This document shows, piece after piece, positions 31,378 to 39,411 of a DNA stretch of 64,000 nucleotides (position 1 is its first letter; each line of letters starts with the position of its first letter). Source of the stretch: an uncultured Acidobacteriota bacterium (GTDB lineage: Bacteria > Acidobacteriota > JAQAZP01). A program made the position numbers and the translations under genes. The notes under the pieces are model-generated. The model made no database searches. It was not told the DNA's origin and was given only the letters and a program-made list of their open reading frames with translations. Location of the stretch: NCBI GenBank assembly GCA_963836075.1, contig CAWIIB010000009.1, positions 256,001 through 320,000 of the forward strand, in the 5' to 3' direction.

Positions 31378-31668
31378 TCACGGGTCAAGCGCTTCGACCA
31401 GGGCCTGTGGATTCTTCTCCGCGATCCTGAGCAGCGCCCGGGCCGGCCCTTCCGGGCTGCGCCGGCCCTGTTCCCGGTTGCCAGGGGTGGCAACACTGAC
31501 AACAATAATGAACGCGAACTCCGGCTGGGACAGCTCCAGCTATTCCAGAATGGCCTTGATGCCAGCAGGACGATAGTTGTACTCGCGTCCTGCCCTGATC
31601 TCGTTTCGCCAGACCTGCCCGGCCTGCCGGACACTGGTCACCAGCTTCTCAACGTCCTGTTTCTTCAT
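31378..31668 (-). pseudogene. Decayed NadS/HigA-like HTH antitoxin
   Basis: MKKQDVEKLVTSVRQAG...IKAILE*LELSQPEF...EQGRRSPEGPARALLRIA with an internal stop. Paralogue at 45450. Confidence 0.75.
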
Positions 31669-31798
31669 CGGAATTCCTCACGTTCCACTCGACTGAGATT
31701 TTTCAACAAACTCACGCCAATGGCGCACCCTGGTCAAGAAGAATGGTGTGCCGAAAGAATGAAATCGAAATATAATGTGCCATTCGGTCACCGTACTC

Positions 31799-31827
31799 TT
31801 GCAATCCACTCTGATCTTTGATATGAT
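31799..31827 (+). promoter_or_regulatory. Sigma70 promoter for RNA leader A
   Basis: TTGCAA-N17-TATGAT with an extended -10 TG. The motif begins about 10 nt downstream. Confidence 0.7.
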
Positions 31828-31836
31828 TATTGGGTT

Positions 31837-31940
31837 GCGCCGATTTGATTTCAGCTTGCGGGCGCCATATAAATCCAGCTAAAGAGATGGGATCAGAATG
31901 TTTACCCGCTTTAGCGCACCAAGCTGAGGCGGGTTTTTTA
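31837..31940 (+). ncRNA. Unnamed structured leader RNA, copy 1, with terminator
   Basis: GCGCCGATTTGA-loop-TCAGCTTGCGGGCGC..ATAAAT..GCTAAAG, then ACCCGCTT...GGCGGGTTTTTT. Confidence 0.75.
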
Positions 31941-31993
31941 TTGCCCGGATTCAGCCTTCAAGGGGAGGACCAGCGGTCTCAACAGCAGAATAA

Positions 31994-32100
31994 GCGCCGA
32001 TTTGATTAATCAGCTTGCGGGCGCTCAAAACATACGGCTAAAGCGAGACTTGAACGTCTATCCAGCCCGCTTTGGCCCGTTCAGCCGGAGCGGGCTTTTT
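31994..32100 (+). ncRNA. Unnamed structured leader RNA, copy 2, with terminator
   Basis: GCGCCGATTTGATTAATCAGCTTGCGGGCGC..GGCTAAAGCG, then AGCCCGCTTTGGC...GCCGGAGCGGGCTTTTT. Confidence 0.75.
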
Positions 32101-32169
32101 CGTGCCCGCCCGGCGGACGGGGCGGCACGGTGCCGTCCCGCAATCAACCACCACAGGGAGGGACGGAAG

Positions 32170-33417
32170 ATGGCGAGAGCAGTTGAACTGGGACTGCCGG
32201 GGTACATGGGATTCGGTCGGCTGGATCACGGGTCGATCAGGATGGAGGGTGAGTGTCTGATCGGCAACTACCTGGCCGGGGAGGATCTGGTCTACGAGGT
32301 GACCGCGGGAGGTGACCAGGCGGCCATCGTTGAGTTCTATGACGGAACGATCATCGGCAGAACCGATGACACGAGCGTCGATGAAGCATTGATGCAGCAC
32401 TTCGGCGATGCCCGTCCCTACGCTCACCCGCGATTCGAGGACCTGTTCTATCGTGTTACCAGAGGGCGGAACATCCAGCTGAAATTCGCCGGTCCCTCCC
32501 GAATCGCGTATCACCCGGCGGGTTCCCTGTTCACCCTCGACCAGCCGATCCTGCCCGATCGGCGGCGAGCAGCGGATGATCTTTCTCGCATGATCACCGA
32601 CAGGGGGGCGGCGGCGCCGCTCAGGGAGTATGCCAGGTATAAGGGCTACCTCTTCCGCACAACGGCAGATCTCGACATCGAGATCGAAGAGATCGAGGTC
32701 CAGCGATATCTCACCCTGCTCGTCGACCTTCCGGATGCGGCCGACCTTCTCTGGAATTCCGGCATCGTTCCTCCGACGAAGGAATGGCGACTGGAAATCG
32801 CCGAAGTCCCCTTCGCCATCTCCGGTGAGATGACCGTGCTGCTGACCGGGCAGGGGAACGAATTCCTCACCTACGCCATCCTCGTCGATGACGGATCGCG
32901 TGAAGTGAACTTCGAGAATACGGCCAATTACTTTCGCCTGGCCTCCGAGCATCTGCTTGCGGAAGTCCAATACGGGCGAATTGACGAAGAGGAGGAAGGA
33001 GAGCAGGAATTCGGTACAGTGCCGGAGGACGAACTGGACCTCGAAGAGTGGGACCTATGCGAAGCCATTATGACTTTCGGCTCATGTGAACTCACACACT
33101 ATTGGGACACGGGCGGTATGGCCGGAGGCGGTGTCTCAAGCATCTACGAATACCAGGGCAAGTATTACCCGATCGTGGACGGAATCGTCCTCGGGCCCTA
33201 CCCGACCCTCGACGATGCCATTGATCAGAGCAACATGCTCGACGTGAACAGCGCGACGAAGGGCCTGCTTTCGTCGGCATTTCCCACGGATGAGCTCGCC
33301 CGTCGCTGTGTCGCCGACCAGGCCGGCATCGAGGCCCGAATCAATGGCCGGCGATACGCCGCCAACACGAGCGGCGATCTGCGATGCGTGGATGGAGACG
33401 AGGAAGATGAAGACTGA
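32170..33417 (+). CDS. Hypothetical acidic protein with C-terminal WD(S/T)GG...GPY domain
   Basis: ATG follows an AGGGAGG RBS. The C-terminal region aligns by eye with the 36128-37057 product. Confidence 0.75.
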   Translation: MARAVELGLPGYMGFGRLDHGSIRMEGECLIGNYLAGEDLVYEVTAGGDQAAIVEFYDGTIIGRTDDTSVDEALMQHFGDARPYAHPRFEDLFYRVTRGRNIQLKFAGPSRIAYHPAGSLFTLDQPILPDRRRAADDLSRMITDRGAAAPLREYARYKGYLFRTTADLDIEIEEIEVQRYLTLLVDLPDAADLLWNSGIVPPTKEWRLEIAEVPFAISGEMTVLLTGQGNEFLTYAILVDDGSREVNFENTANYFRLASEHLLAEVQYGRIDEEEEGEQEFGTVPEDELDLEEWDLCEAIMTFGSCELTHYWDTGGMAGGGVSSIYEYQGKYYPIVDGIVLGPYPTLDDAIDQSNMLDVNSATKGLLSSAFPTDELARRCVADQAGIEARINGRRYAANTSGDLRCVDGDEEDED

Positions 33418-33437
33418 TCATCGAGGGGGAAAGAGAA

Positions 33438-34187
33438 TTGTCGACCGTCCTGCACATCCCCCACAGTTCAAGGGTGATCCCCGCCGACCTGAGGGATCCA
33501 TTCCTGCTTTCCGACGAGGAACTGGCGAAGGAGCTCGCCGTGATGACCGACCACTTCACCGACGAGCTCTTCGCCGGCCCCCCGGCCGCAACAACGGTGG
33601 TCCGGTTCCCGGTGAGCCGGCTGGTGGTCGACCCGGAGCGCTATCTCGATGACGCCCTCGAGCCGATGGCGGCACGAGGGATGGGGGTGGTCTACGAGCG
33701 GACATCCGATGGAAAGCAACTGCGCCCTTCGCCAACGCGGGCAGAGCGCATAACGTTGATCAACCGCTTTTACACGCCGCACCACACGGCCCTGAATTCT
33801 GCCATCGAGAAGGCGCTTGGGGAAAGCAGCGCTTGTCTGCTGCTGGACTGCCATAGCTTCCCGTCGACTCCAATCCCCTGCGATCTGGACCCGATGACAG
33901 ACCGGCCGGATATCTGCCTGGGAACGAGTCCGTCCAATACACCTGGCTGGTTGGTGGAGCAAGCCCAGGAGATTCTGGGATCCTGCGGGCTCACCGTGGA
34001 AACTAATCGGCCGTATTCAGGAGTGCTCGTTCCCGAGAGATTCGCAAACGACAATTCAAAAGTGTATGCACTGATGATCGAAATCAATCGCCGCCTGGTA
34101 CATGGACGAACAATCGGGGGGCAAACTGCATGCCTTCCCGGACGTGGCCGCAACAGTTCAGAGGCTGATTCACAACCTGATGAATGA
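33438..34187 (+). CDS. N-formylglutamate amidohydrolase family protein (3' end may be frameshifted)
   Basis: LHIPHSS, MTDHFTDELF, SRLVVDPER, LLDCHSFPS, RPDICLGT, NRPYSG, MIEINR. Confidence 0.9.
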   Translation: MSTVLHIPHSSRVIPADLRDPFLLSDEELAKELAVMTDHFTDELFAGPPAATTVVRFPVSRLVVDPERYLDDALEPMAARGMGVVYERTSDGKQLRPSPTRAERITLINRFYTPHHTALNSAIEKALGESSACLLLDCHSFPSTPIPCDLDPMTDRPDICLGTSPSNTPGWLVEQAQEILGSCGLTVETNRPYSGVLVPERFANDNSKVYALMIEINRRLVHGRTIGGQTACLPGRGRNSSEADSQPDE

Positions 34188-34286
34188 AACGCGAATCCGC
34201 GATCAGCCGTCGCACATATATAGTGGTTCGAGAGGAAGCGCGGAAGTGGTGTCCTGCGCACCGGGCACCCGGTCCCCCCGATTCAC

Positions 34287-35138
34287 TCACTGGGCTATGC
34301 CATCGTCCTCATCATCCTCAACGTCATCGTAGTCCTCGTCTTCGCTGTCATGCAGTATATCCGCCGCCATGTCGATGGCTTCGGACGCAGCGGAAACGAT
34401 GTCTTCATCATCCGAGTCGAGGAAATCGCCGAGGGCCACCGTGGCCTGCTCCGGGCGGATGGCGGCAGCCGCTTCGATGGCGGCGAGCAGCAGGTCCTTG
34501 TCCATGACTTCGTTGGAGAGGATATCGGTAATCAGCGGCCAGGCGTCGGCCACTGGCCAGCTCCCCGCGGCCTCGGCGGCCTCGATCCGCAGATCCCGGC
34601 TGCCGTTGGCCAGCGACTCGAGGATCTGAACTTCGAAACCGTTGATGTACTGCATACAGAAAACGGCGGTCAGCTTCCAGGCCATATCCTCTTCGGCATA
34701 GGCGGCACGGACCGCGTCCGCATGCCAGTCGCGCGGGGCCCGCACCGAGGCCTCCAGGCAGTGGCGACGGACGATCTGCGGTGCGCTGTCATCGGCGTAC
34801 AGGTCATGGAGCCTCTCCTGGATCAGCTGGAACCTGGTCCAGGAAAACGGCGCGTCCTCGAAATCATCCTCGTCCTCCAGGTCCGCGGCCTCGAGGGGCG
34901 GGCCGAATGCGATCGCCGCCCCGGCGCGCAGCTCCTCCGGCTCGGTTTCCCTGCATAAGATATCGAGGAGGAGGCCGGCGAGCCTGTCGTTGATCACGGT
35001 GTATTCCCCGGCCAGACTCACCGCGATAAGGCGGTCTGCTATATCAGCACGCTTGTCCCGCAGAATATCGTATAAAAACCCGTCGGTATCGGATGGCCAG
35101 TTCCAGGGCCGCGATGCTTGCAGTTGTCTCAGGTTCAT
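34287..35138 (-). CDS. HEAT-repeat-like acidic protein
   Basis: Repeated helical motifs (LRAGAAIAFG, VRRHCLEAS, LRIEAAEAAG, DEDIVSAASEAI). Confidence 0.7.
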   Translation of the reverse strand: MNLRQLQASRPWNWPSDTDGFLYDILRDKRADIADRLIAVSLAGEYTVINDRLAGLLLDILCRETEPEELRAGAAIAFGPPLEAADLEDEDDFEDAPFSWTRFQLIQERLHDLYADDSAPQIVRRHCLEASVRAPRDWHADAVRAAYAEEDMAWKLTAVFCMQYINGFEVQILESLANGSRDLRIEAAEAAGSWPVADAWPLITDILSNEVMDKDLLLAAIEAAAAIRPEQATVALGDFLDSDDEDIVSAASEAIDMAADILHDSEDEDYDDVEDDEDDGIAQ

Positions 35139-35345
35139 CTGGTGCTGCCTCAATTAAGTGCGCTGCCTGTCTTGCAGCGACTCGTGTCCCGGTGCTTGAC
35201 GTGATTGATGACCCATTCGGTGATCGTCCGGTCTCCCCGCCGCTCAGGGCCCGGTCGGTCCCGGCCCGTAAATACGGCAACGCGGAAATGGACAGGAGAA
35301 GATAGCCGAAATCGCTAAGGTTTGCCAGTGGAAAATGCGGCGGGC

Positions 35346-36131
35346 CTATGCCAGCCCGGAGGACCGGTGAAGCCGCTCGGCACAGCGCTCGATGACATCT
35401 GACAATTGGTCGTCGAGATACCCGAAGACCCTCTCCTCGATGCTCCCGGGCACGCCGCCGAAAAAGGCCTCAGCGATCCCCCCGGCGATGCAGGCCACCG
35501 TGTCGCTGTCCCCGCCGAGGGAGACCGCATTGCGGATTGTATCCTCGACGCTCCCCGACAACAGGAAGGCGGTGATCGCCTGGGGCACCGAGCCCGGGCA
35601 GGTGACATCGGGCGGGTAATCCTCCCGGATCCGCTCCAGCGAAAGGTTGAGGCGATAGCCGAACGTCGTGCCGATGTACTCCTGGATCCCGGCTTTCCCG
35701 GAGCCGGTCCGGGCCAGGAAAATTGCGGCAGCCACGGCCTGGGCGCCCTTGATCCCCTCGGGGTGGTTGTGGGTCACCCCGGCGCTCTTTCGCGCTTCAT
35801 CCAGCACTTCCTCGAGCGTATCGAAGGCCCAGCCCACCGGGCTGACCCGCATGGCCGACCCGTTGCCGAGGCTCCCGTAAGGTACCCCCTCGCGGGAGGC
35901 CCCCCAGCGCCTGAACATCGGCCCGTAGCCCCGCTCCGGATAGCGCCGGTAGTAGTCACGGTAGGCGGCAGCGTAATCGCCGCCGCTGAGAATAGCGTCA
36001 GCCGTGGCCACGGTGAGCACCGTGTCGTCGGTGAACCGGCACCCCTCCCCGAACAGCGGGAAGTCGGTGCGGTGGATGTTGTGCAGCTCGTAAATGCTGC
36101 CGATGATGTCACCGGCTATGGCGCCGATCAT
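35346..36131 (-). CDS. ADP-ribosylglycohydrolase (DraG/ARH family)
   Basis: GAIAGDIIGSIYE, FTDDT, GNGSAMRVSP, VTHNHPEG, SLGGDSDTVACIAG. Confidence 0.95.
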   Translation of the reverse strand: MIGAIAGDIIGSIYELHNIHRTDFPLFGEGCRFTDDTVLTVATADAILSGGDYAAAYRDYYRRYPERGYGPMFRRWGASREGVPYGSLGNGSAMRVSPVGWAFDTLEEVLDEARKSAGVTHNHPEGIKGAQAVAAAIFLARTGSGKAGIQEYIGTTFGYRLNLSLERIREDYPPDVTCPGSVPQAITAFLLSGSVEDTIRNAVSLGGDSDTVACIAGGIAEAFFGGVPGSIEERVFGYLDDQLSDVIERCAERLHRSSGLA

Positions 36132-37057
36132 GACTTTCCCCTTTTTAAAGAATCGATGTAATCGATGAGATCATCGTCGTCTTCCTTCCTCACGAAGATG
36201 CCGGGCTTCGTCCAGACGTATGGGATGGAGTTGAACCAGACTTCGTGGCCGAGCCGCTCGTCCTCCCCGTCCCCCTGGTAGTGCTCGAACTCGACTTTCT
36301 CCGCCAGCTCATCGGCATCGTGAAAACCGGACCCGATCTCGCCCGTGGCAGTGGTGACCGTGAGCAGGTCCCCCTCCACCGCTTCGTCCACGGTGTCGTA
36401 AGGCCCGAACAATTCTCCACAGTCACAGCAGGGGTAGTAGAACTTCCCCGCCAACTCGTACACCCACTCGACGCCGGCCCCGGCGCCGGGCCCCCCGCTG
36501 TCCCACTCGTGGCTGAACACGCCCTCGCCCTCTTCGGTGAGGACATCCAGAAAGGTCTCGTAATCGTGGAAGTCCGGATCGTTCTCGAGAAGCTCTTTCA
36601 GTTCATCCCCACTGGGGAAGACCACCGGTTCGTTCCGCCGGCCCTGACGTATGACCCGGTAAAAAGGACCCTCGCCGTCGGCGTTCTTCCCCGTAATGAT
36701 GTCCACGATTTCGTTCGGATCTGGCGGCGGCGGTTCTGGGGCCTGTTTTGGTAGCGGGGCGTACTGCTTGTAGTTTTTGTCCTTCTTCCGGCACTCGGCG
36801 CAGACGATCAGCAGGTTGGCAAAGAGCGAACTCCAGTGACCGACCCGGTTGTCCCTCTCGGAGTAAGAGTTGGATCCCGGACGGTTAACGGTGTGTTCAC
36901 CGCACTGCAGGCACGGGACGCCATGACAGATACAGGCGACACTGACCTCCATCTCCGGGTCCGGTTGGAAGCGATCCGAATGGAGATATCGAGCTTTTGT
37001 CGTGCCATTGAACTCGCCGCACACGTCGCAACGTTCAAATCCTGGTGGAATGCTCAT
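36128..37057 (-). CDS. Hypothetical protein, N-terminal Cys-rich zinc-binding region plus WD(S/T)GG...GPY domain
   Basis: CDVC, CICHGVPCLQC and CAEC. AGGGAGG RBS. Stop overlaps the ARG start (ATGA). Confidence 0.8.
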   Translation of the reverse strand: MSIPPGFERCDVCGEFNGTTKARYLHSDRFQPDPEMEVSVACICHGVPCLQCGEHTVNRPGSNSYSERDNRVGHWSSLFANLLIVCAECRKKDKNYKQYAPLPKQAPEPPPPDPNEIVDIITGKNADGEGPFYRVIRQGRRNEPVVFPSGDELKELLENDPDFHDYETFLDVLTEEGEGVFSHEWDSGGPGAGAGVEWVYELAGKFYYPCCDCGELFGPYDTVDEAVEGDLLTVTTATGEIGSGFHDADELAEKVEFEHYQGDGEDERLGHEVWFNSIPYVWTKPGIFVRKEDDDDLIDYIDSLKRGKS

Positions 37058-37134
37058 CCCAGCCCTCCCTTGATGATTGGGTGAAACTGACGGGACGGAA
37101 CTCTTCCGCCCCGACCGCCGGGAGGGCTCGAAGG

Positions 37135-37231
37135 AGGCCCCGAACCGGCTGGATCAGGGCTAACGCGGGCAGGATTGCTCGCTTTAGCCGCATTTATTGA
37201 GCGCCCGCAATCTGAGTGGTCAAATCGGCGC
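37135..37231 (-). ncRNA. Unnamed structured leader RNA, copy 4 (terminator degenerate)
   Basis: Minus strand GCGCCGATTTGACCACTCAGATTGCGGGCGCTCAATAAATGCGGCTAAAGCG..CCCGCGTTAGC, with no U-tract. Confidence 0.7.
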
Positions 37232-37264
37232 TGTGTTCAATCTGTCGTGCTGATTCAGGGCATG

Positions 37265-37368
37265 AAAAAACCCGCTCCAGCCTGCGGGGCCAAAGCGGGT
37301 TCGAATGCCTATCCGATCGCTTTAGCGTAATTTATAATGCGCCCGCAAGCTGAGAATCAAATCAGCGC
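37265..37368 (-). ncRNA. Unnamed structured leader RNA, copy 3, with terminator
   Basis: Minus strand GCGCTGATTTGATTCTCAGCTTGCGGGCGCATTATAAATTACGCTAAAGCG, then AACCCGCTTTGGCC...GGCTGGAGCGGGTTTTTT. Confidence 0.75.
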
Positions 37369-37378
37369 AACAATATGT

Positions 37379-37407
37379 AATATAACTTCTTACAGTGATT
37401 TTGTCAA
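37379..37407 (-). promoter_or_regulatory. Sigma70 promoter for RNA leader B
   Basis: TTGACA-N17-TATATT on the minus strand, about 10 nt before copy 3. Confidence 0.75.
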
Positions 37408-37431
37408 GTCGACTGGTGAGATAATTTCACT

Positions 37432-37872
37432 TCAGTCGTCCACCGGTCCAGCCGTCGCTGCCCAGGCTCGGATCACCGTGAGATCGTCGGTGGAGAGCCG
37501 GGCTTCGGGGTGGGCCGGCAGGTAGAACCAGAGCGGCATCTCCCCCTCCTCCACCTCCTCCCAGATCTCGTGCATCATCTTGGCCCGTTTCTCGTGGTCC
37601 ATCAGGTCCCAGTTGGAGAAGTTGAGATGCTCGCGGCCCTCCTTGACATCGTTCGCGACGAGCCACGAGACCGGAGCGACCTTCGAATACCACGGCCAGA
37701 CGGTCTCGTTGGAGTGGCAGTCGTAGCAGGCGCGCTGGAAGATGGCCGTCACCTCCACCGGGGCGAACTGCCCGGTCCCGCCCGGGGGATTCGTTCGCCT
37801 GACCGGAATCAGCTGGATCAGGATCAGGATCGCGACCAGTCCGACTGCGGATCGAATGATGATTTTTTTCAC
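37432..37872 (-). CDS. Haem-binding domain (c-type cytochrome) protein
   Basis: RACYDCHSNETVWPWYSKVAPVSW, GREHLNFS, EMPLWFY. Confidence 0.9.
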   Translation of the reverse strand: MKKIIIRSAVGLVAILILIQLIPVRRTNPPGGTGQFAPVEVTAIFQRACYDCHSNETVWPWYSKVAPVSWLVANDVKEGREHLNFSNWDLMDHEKRAKMMHEIWEEVEEGEMPLWFYLPAHPEARLSTDDLTVIRAWAATAGPVDD

Positions 37873-38276
37873 GCGTGGGCCCTCCCTTCCGTGACGCCTC
37901 ACGACCATCGCCGGGCGTATAGGAGAATGATGTCAGATCAAGGTTCGATTATGATTCTGCGTGACCGCAGGTCAACCACAATTCACCCGGGGAGATCCCG
38001 GCTGGCGGCCTCGTCTGCGGCACTCGATGCCGGACAATGCAGAGTGTATATCATGTTCACGATACCGTGAGCCACACTCACCGACTGAAATCCCGGATGC
38101 TCCCCCAGCAGTCACGCACCATTCACAAGCCATTCACTAATTGTTGTATTCGAGAGACTTCTCCCCTCCCTTCAATCAGGGCCCGGGACTCGATTCCATT
38201 GGCACGATCGTTGAAGGAGCAATCAACCAGTGCAGGGCTGCATCCGGTCTTTACACTTCGACAGGAGGGATGACGA

Positions 38277-38576
38277 ATGAGACTGAACAGGAAAAATGTC
38301 GCTGCTTTGCTGCTCGCCGCCATGTTGCTGTTTGTTTTTGCCGCCTGGCCGGGCTCCGGCACGGCAAGCGCGTCGGACACCATCGCCGGCAGCTACACCA
38401 TCACCAAACAGAACGGCCAGCGGGTCACGGTCCAGTGGTCGTGCGGCAACTGCGGGAAGTCGTGCGGCAAGTCGACCCTGACCTGGCCCAGGGAAGGGAC
38501 CACCAGCAGCAGGAGCTTCAGCTGCGGCAAGTGCAAGAAGCGGAACAAGGTGACGATGTATGGGAGGAATTACTAG
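38277..38576 (+). CDS. Small secreted basic Cys-rich protein
   Basis: AGGAGG RBS, signal peptide ending ASA, CGNCGKSC and CGKC. Confidence 0.65.
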   Translation: MRLNRKNVAALLLAAMLLFVFAAWPGSGTASASDTIAGSYTITKQNGQRVTVQWSCGNCGKSCGKSTLTWPREGTTSSRSFSCGKCKKRNKVTMYGRNY

Positions 38577-38648
38577 CAGCACCCGCACCACCCCGGCAGG
38601 TCCAGCCGGTGCCTGGCCCTGGTGGCCCACACGCAGGTGAGGTGATGG

Positions 38649-38987
38649 TCAGGCTCCAATTATTTCGTTCAGGCCTTCGATCGTATTCGTAAGCTCTTCA
38701 GCTGTCGCCCGACCAAGGCGCCGGCCAATGCGCTCGATGGCCAATGTTCTTATCTGACTGATCTTGACCCAGGAACGCTTTGGCAAACCCTTGGATGTCA
38801 GTTCCAAGGTGAGGGGAAACCCGGCACGCGGAGGCTGGCTGGTGAGAGCAACGGCAATGACCGTTCCGGAACGTTCATTGAAAATATCCTGGCTCAGAAT
38901 CAGGACCGGTCGCTTGCCGGCCTGCTCATGTCCTCTGGCCGGATTGAGGTTTGCCCAACGGATATCTCCTCTCAATACTCTGGCCAT
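38649..38987 (-). CDS. mazF: PemK/MazF family toxin
   Basis: [32 protein letters not shown]. Confidence 0.92.
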   Translation of the reverse strand: MARVLRGDIRWANLNPARGHEQAGKRPVLILSQDIFNERSGTVIAVALTSQPPRAGFPLTLELTSKGLPKRSWVKISQIRTLAIERIGRRLGRATAEELTNTIEGLNEIIGA

Positions 38988-39214
38988 TCACTCAACTCCT
39001 CGGACATGCCCTCTTCGGCCAGTGCTTTTTCAAAGTTCGGATCAAGTTTGGCACACTCAGCAGCAAGACGGTGCCTGCGGAGCCTGTCGAGCTTCTCTGA
39101 TACAGCTAATTGAATGGCTTGACTCCGGTTGTTGAAGATCTGTTCTTTGACCAGGCGATCAAGTTCTTCCAATGTCAACTGGTCAATGGTGATCGCGATT
39201 TTTGTTCTGCCCAT
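38972..39214 (-). CDS. CopG/RHH antitoxin
   Basis: KIAITID...[10 protein letters not shown]...ECAKLDP...WPEY, overlapping the toxin start. Confidence 0.88.
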   Translation of the reverse strand: MGRTKIAITIDQLTLEELDRLVKEQIFNNRSQAIQLAVSEKLDRLRRHRLAAECAKLDPNFEKALAEEGMSEELSEWPEY

Positions 39215-39227
39215 GCCCGCACCTCCT

Positions 39228-39248
39228 GGTATGATAATATGTCATACC
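39228..39248. promoter_or_regulatory. TA operator palindrome
   Basis: GGTATGA-N7-TCATACC just upstream of the antitoxin RBS. Confidence 0.7.
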
Positions 39249-39411
39249 TCGGAGATTGGTCAAGCTTTATCGAGAGTAGAGGGCAGTTCCGACCAGTTTG
39301 GTTTCCGCGTGGAAACCCATGGTGTCAGGGACAGAGTGCCCGAGCCACATGAAACCTGGATCTACCCCAAGTTCAGGGATTTGTGTTGCAACTCGCATGC
39401 CGAAAGGAAGG

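Noticed and set aside
32002-32169. N-terminal extension of ORF 32002-33417
   Set aside because: It runs through the RNA motif and terminator. The RBS supports the ATG at 32170.
31837-37368. CRISPR array or tRNA interpretation of the four repeats
   Set aside because: Only two copies per locus, units of about 100 nt with terminators, no regular spacers, no cas genes and no cloverleaf.
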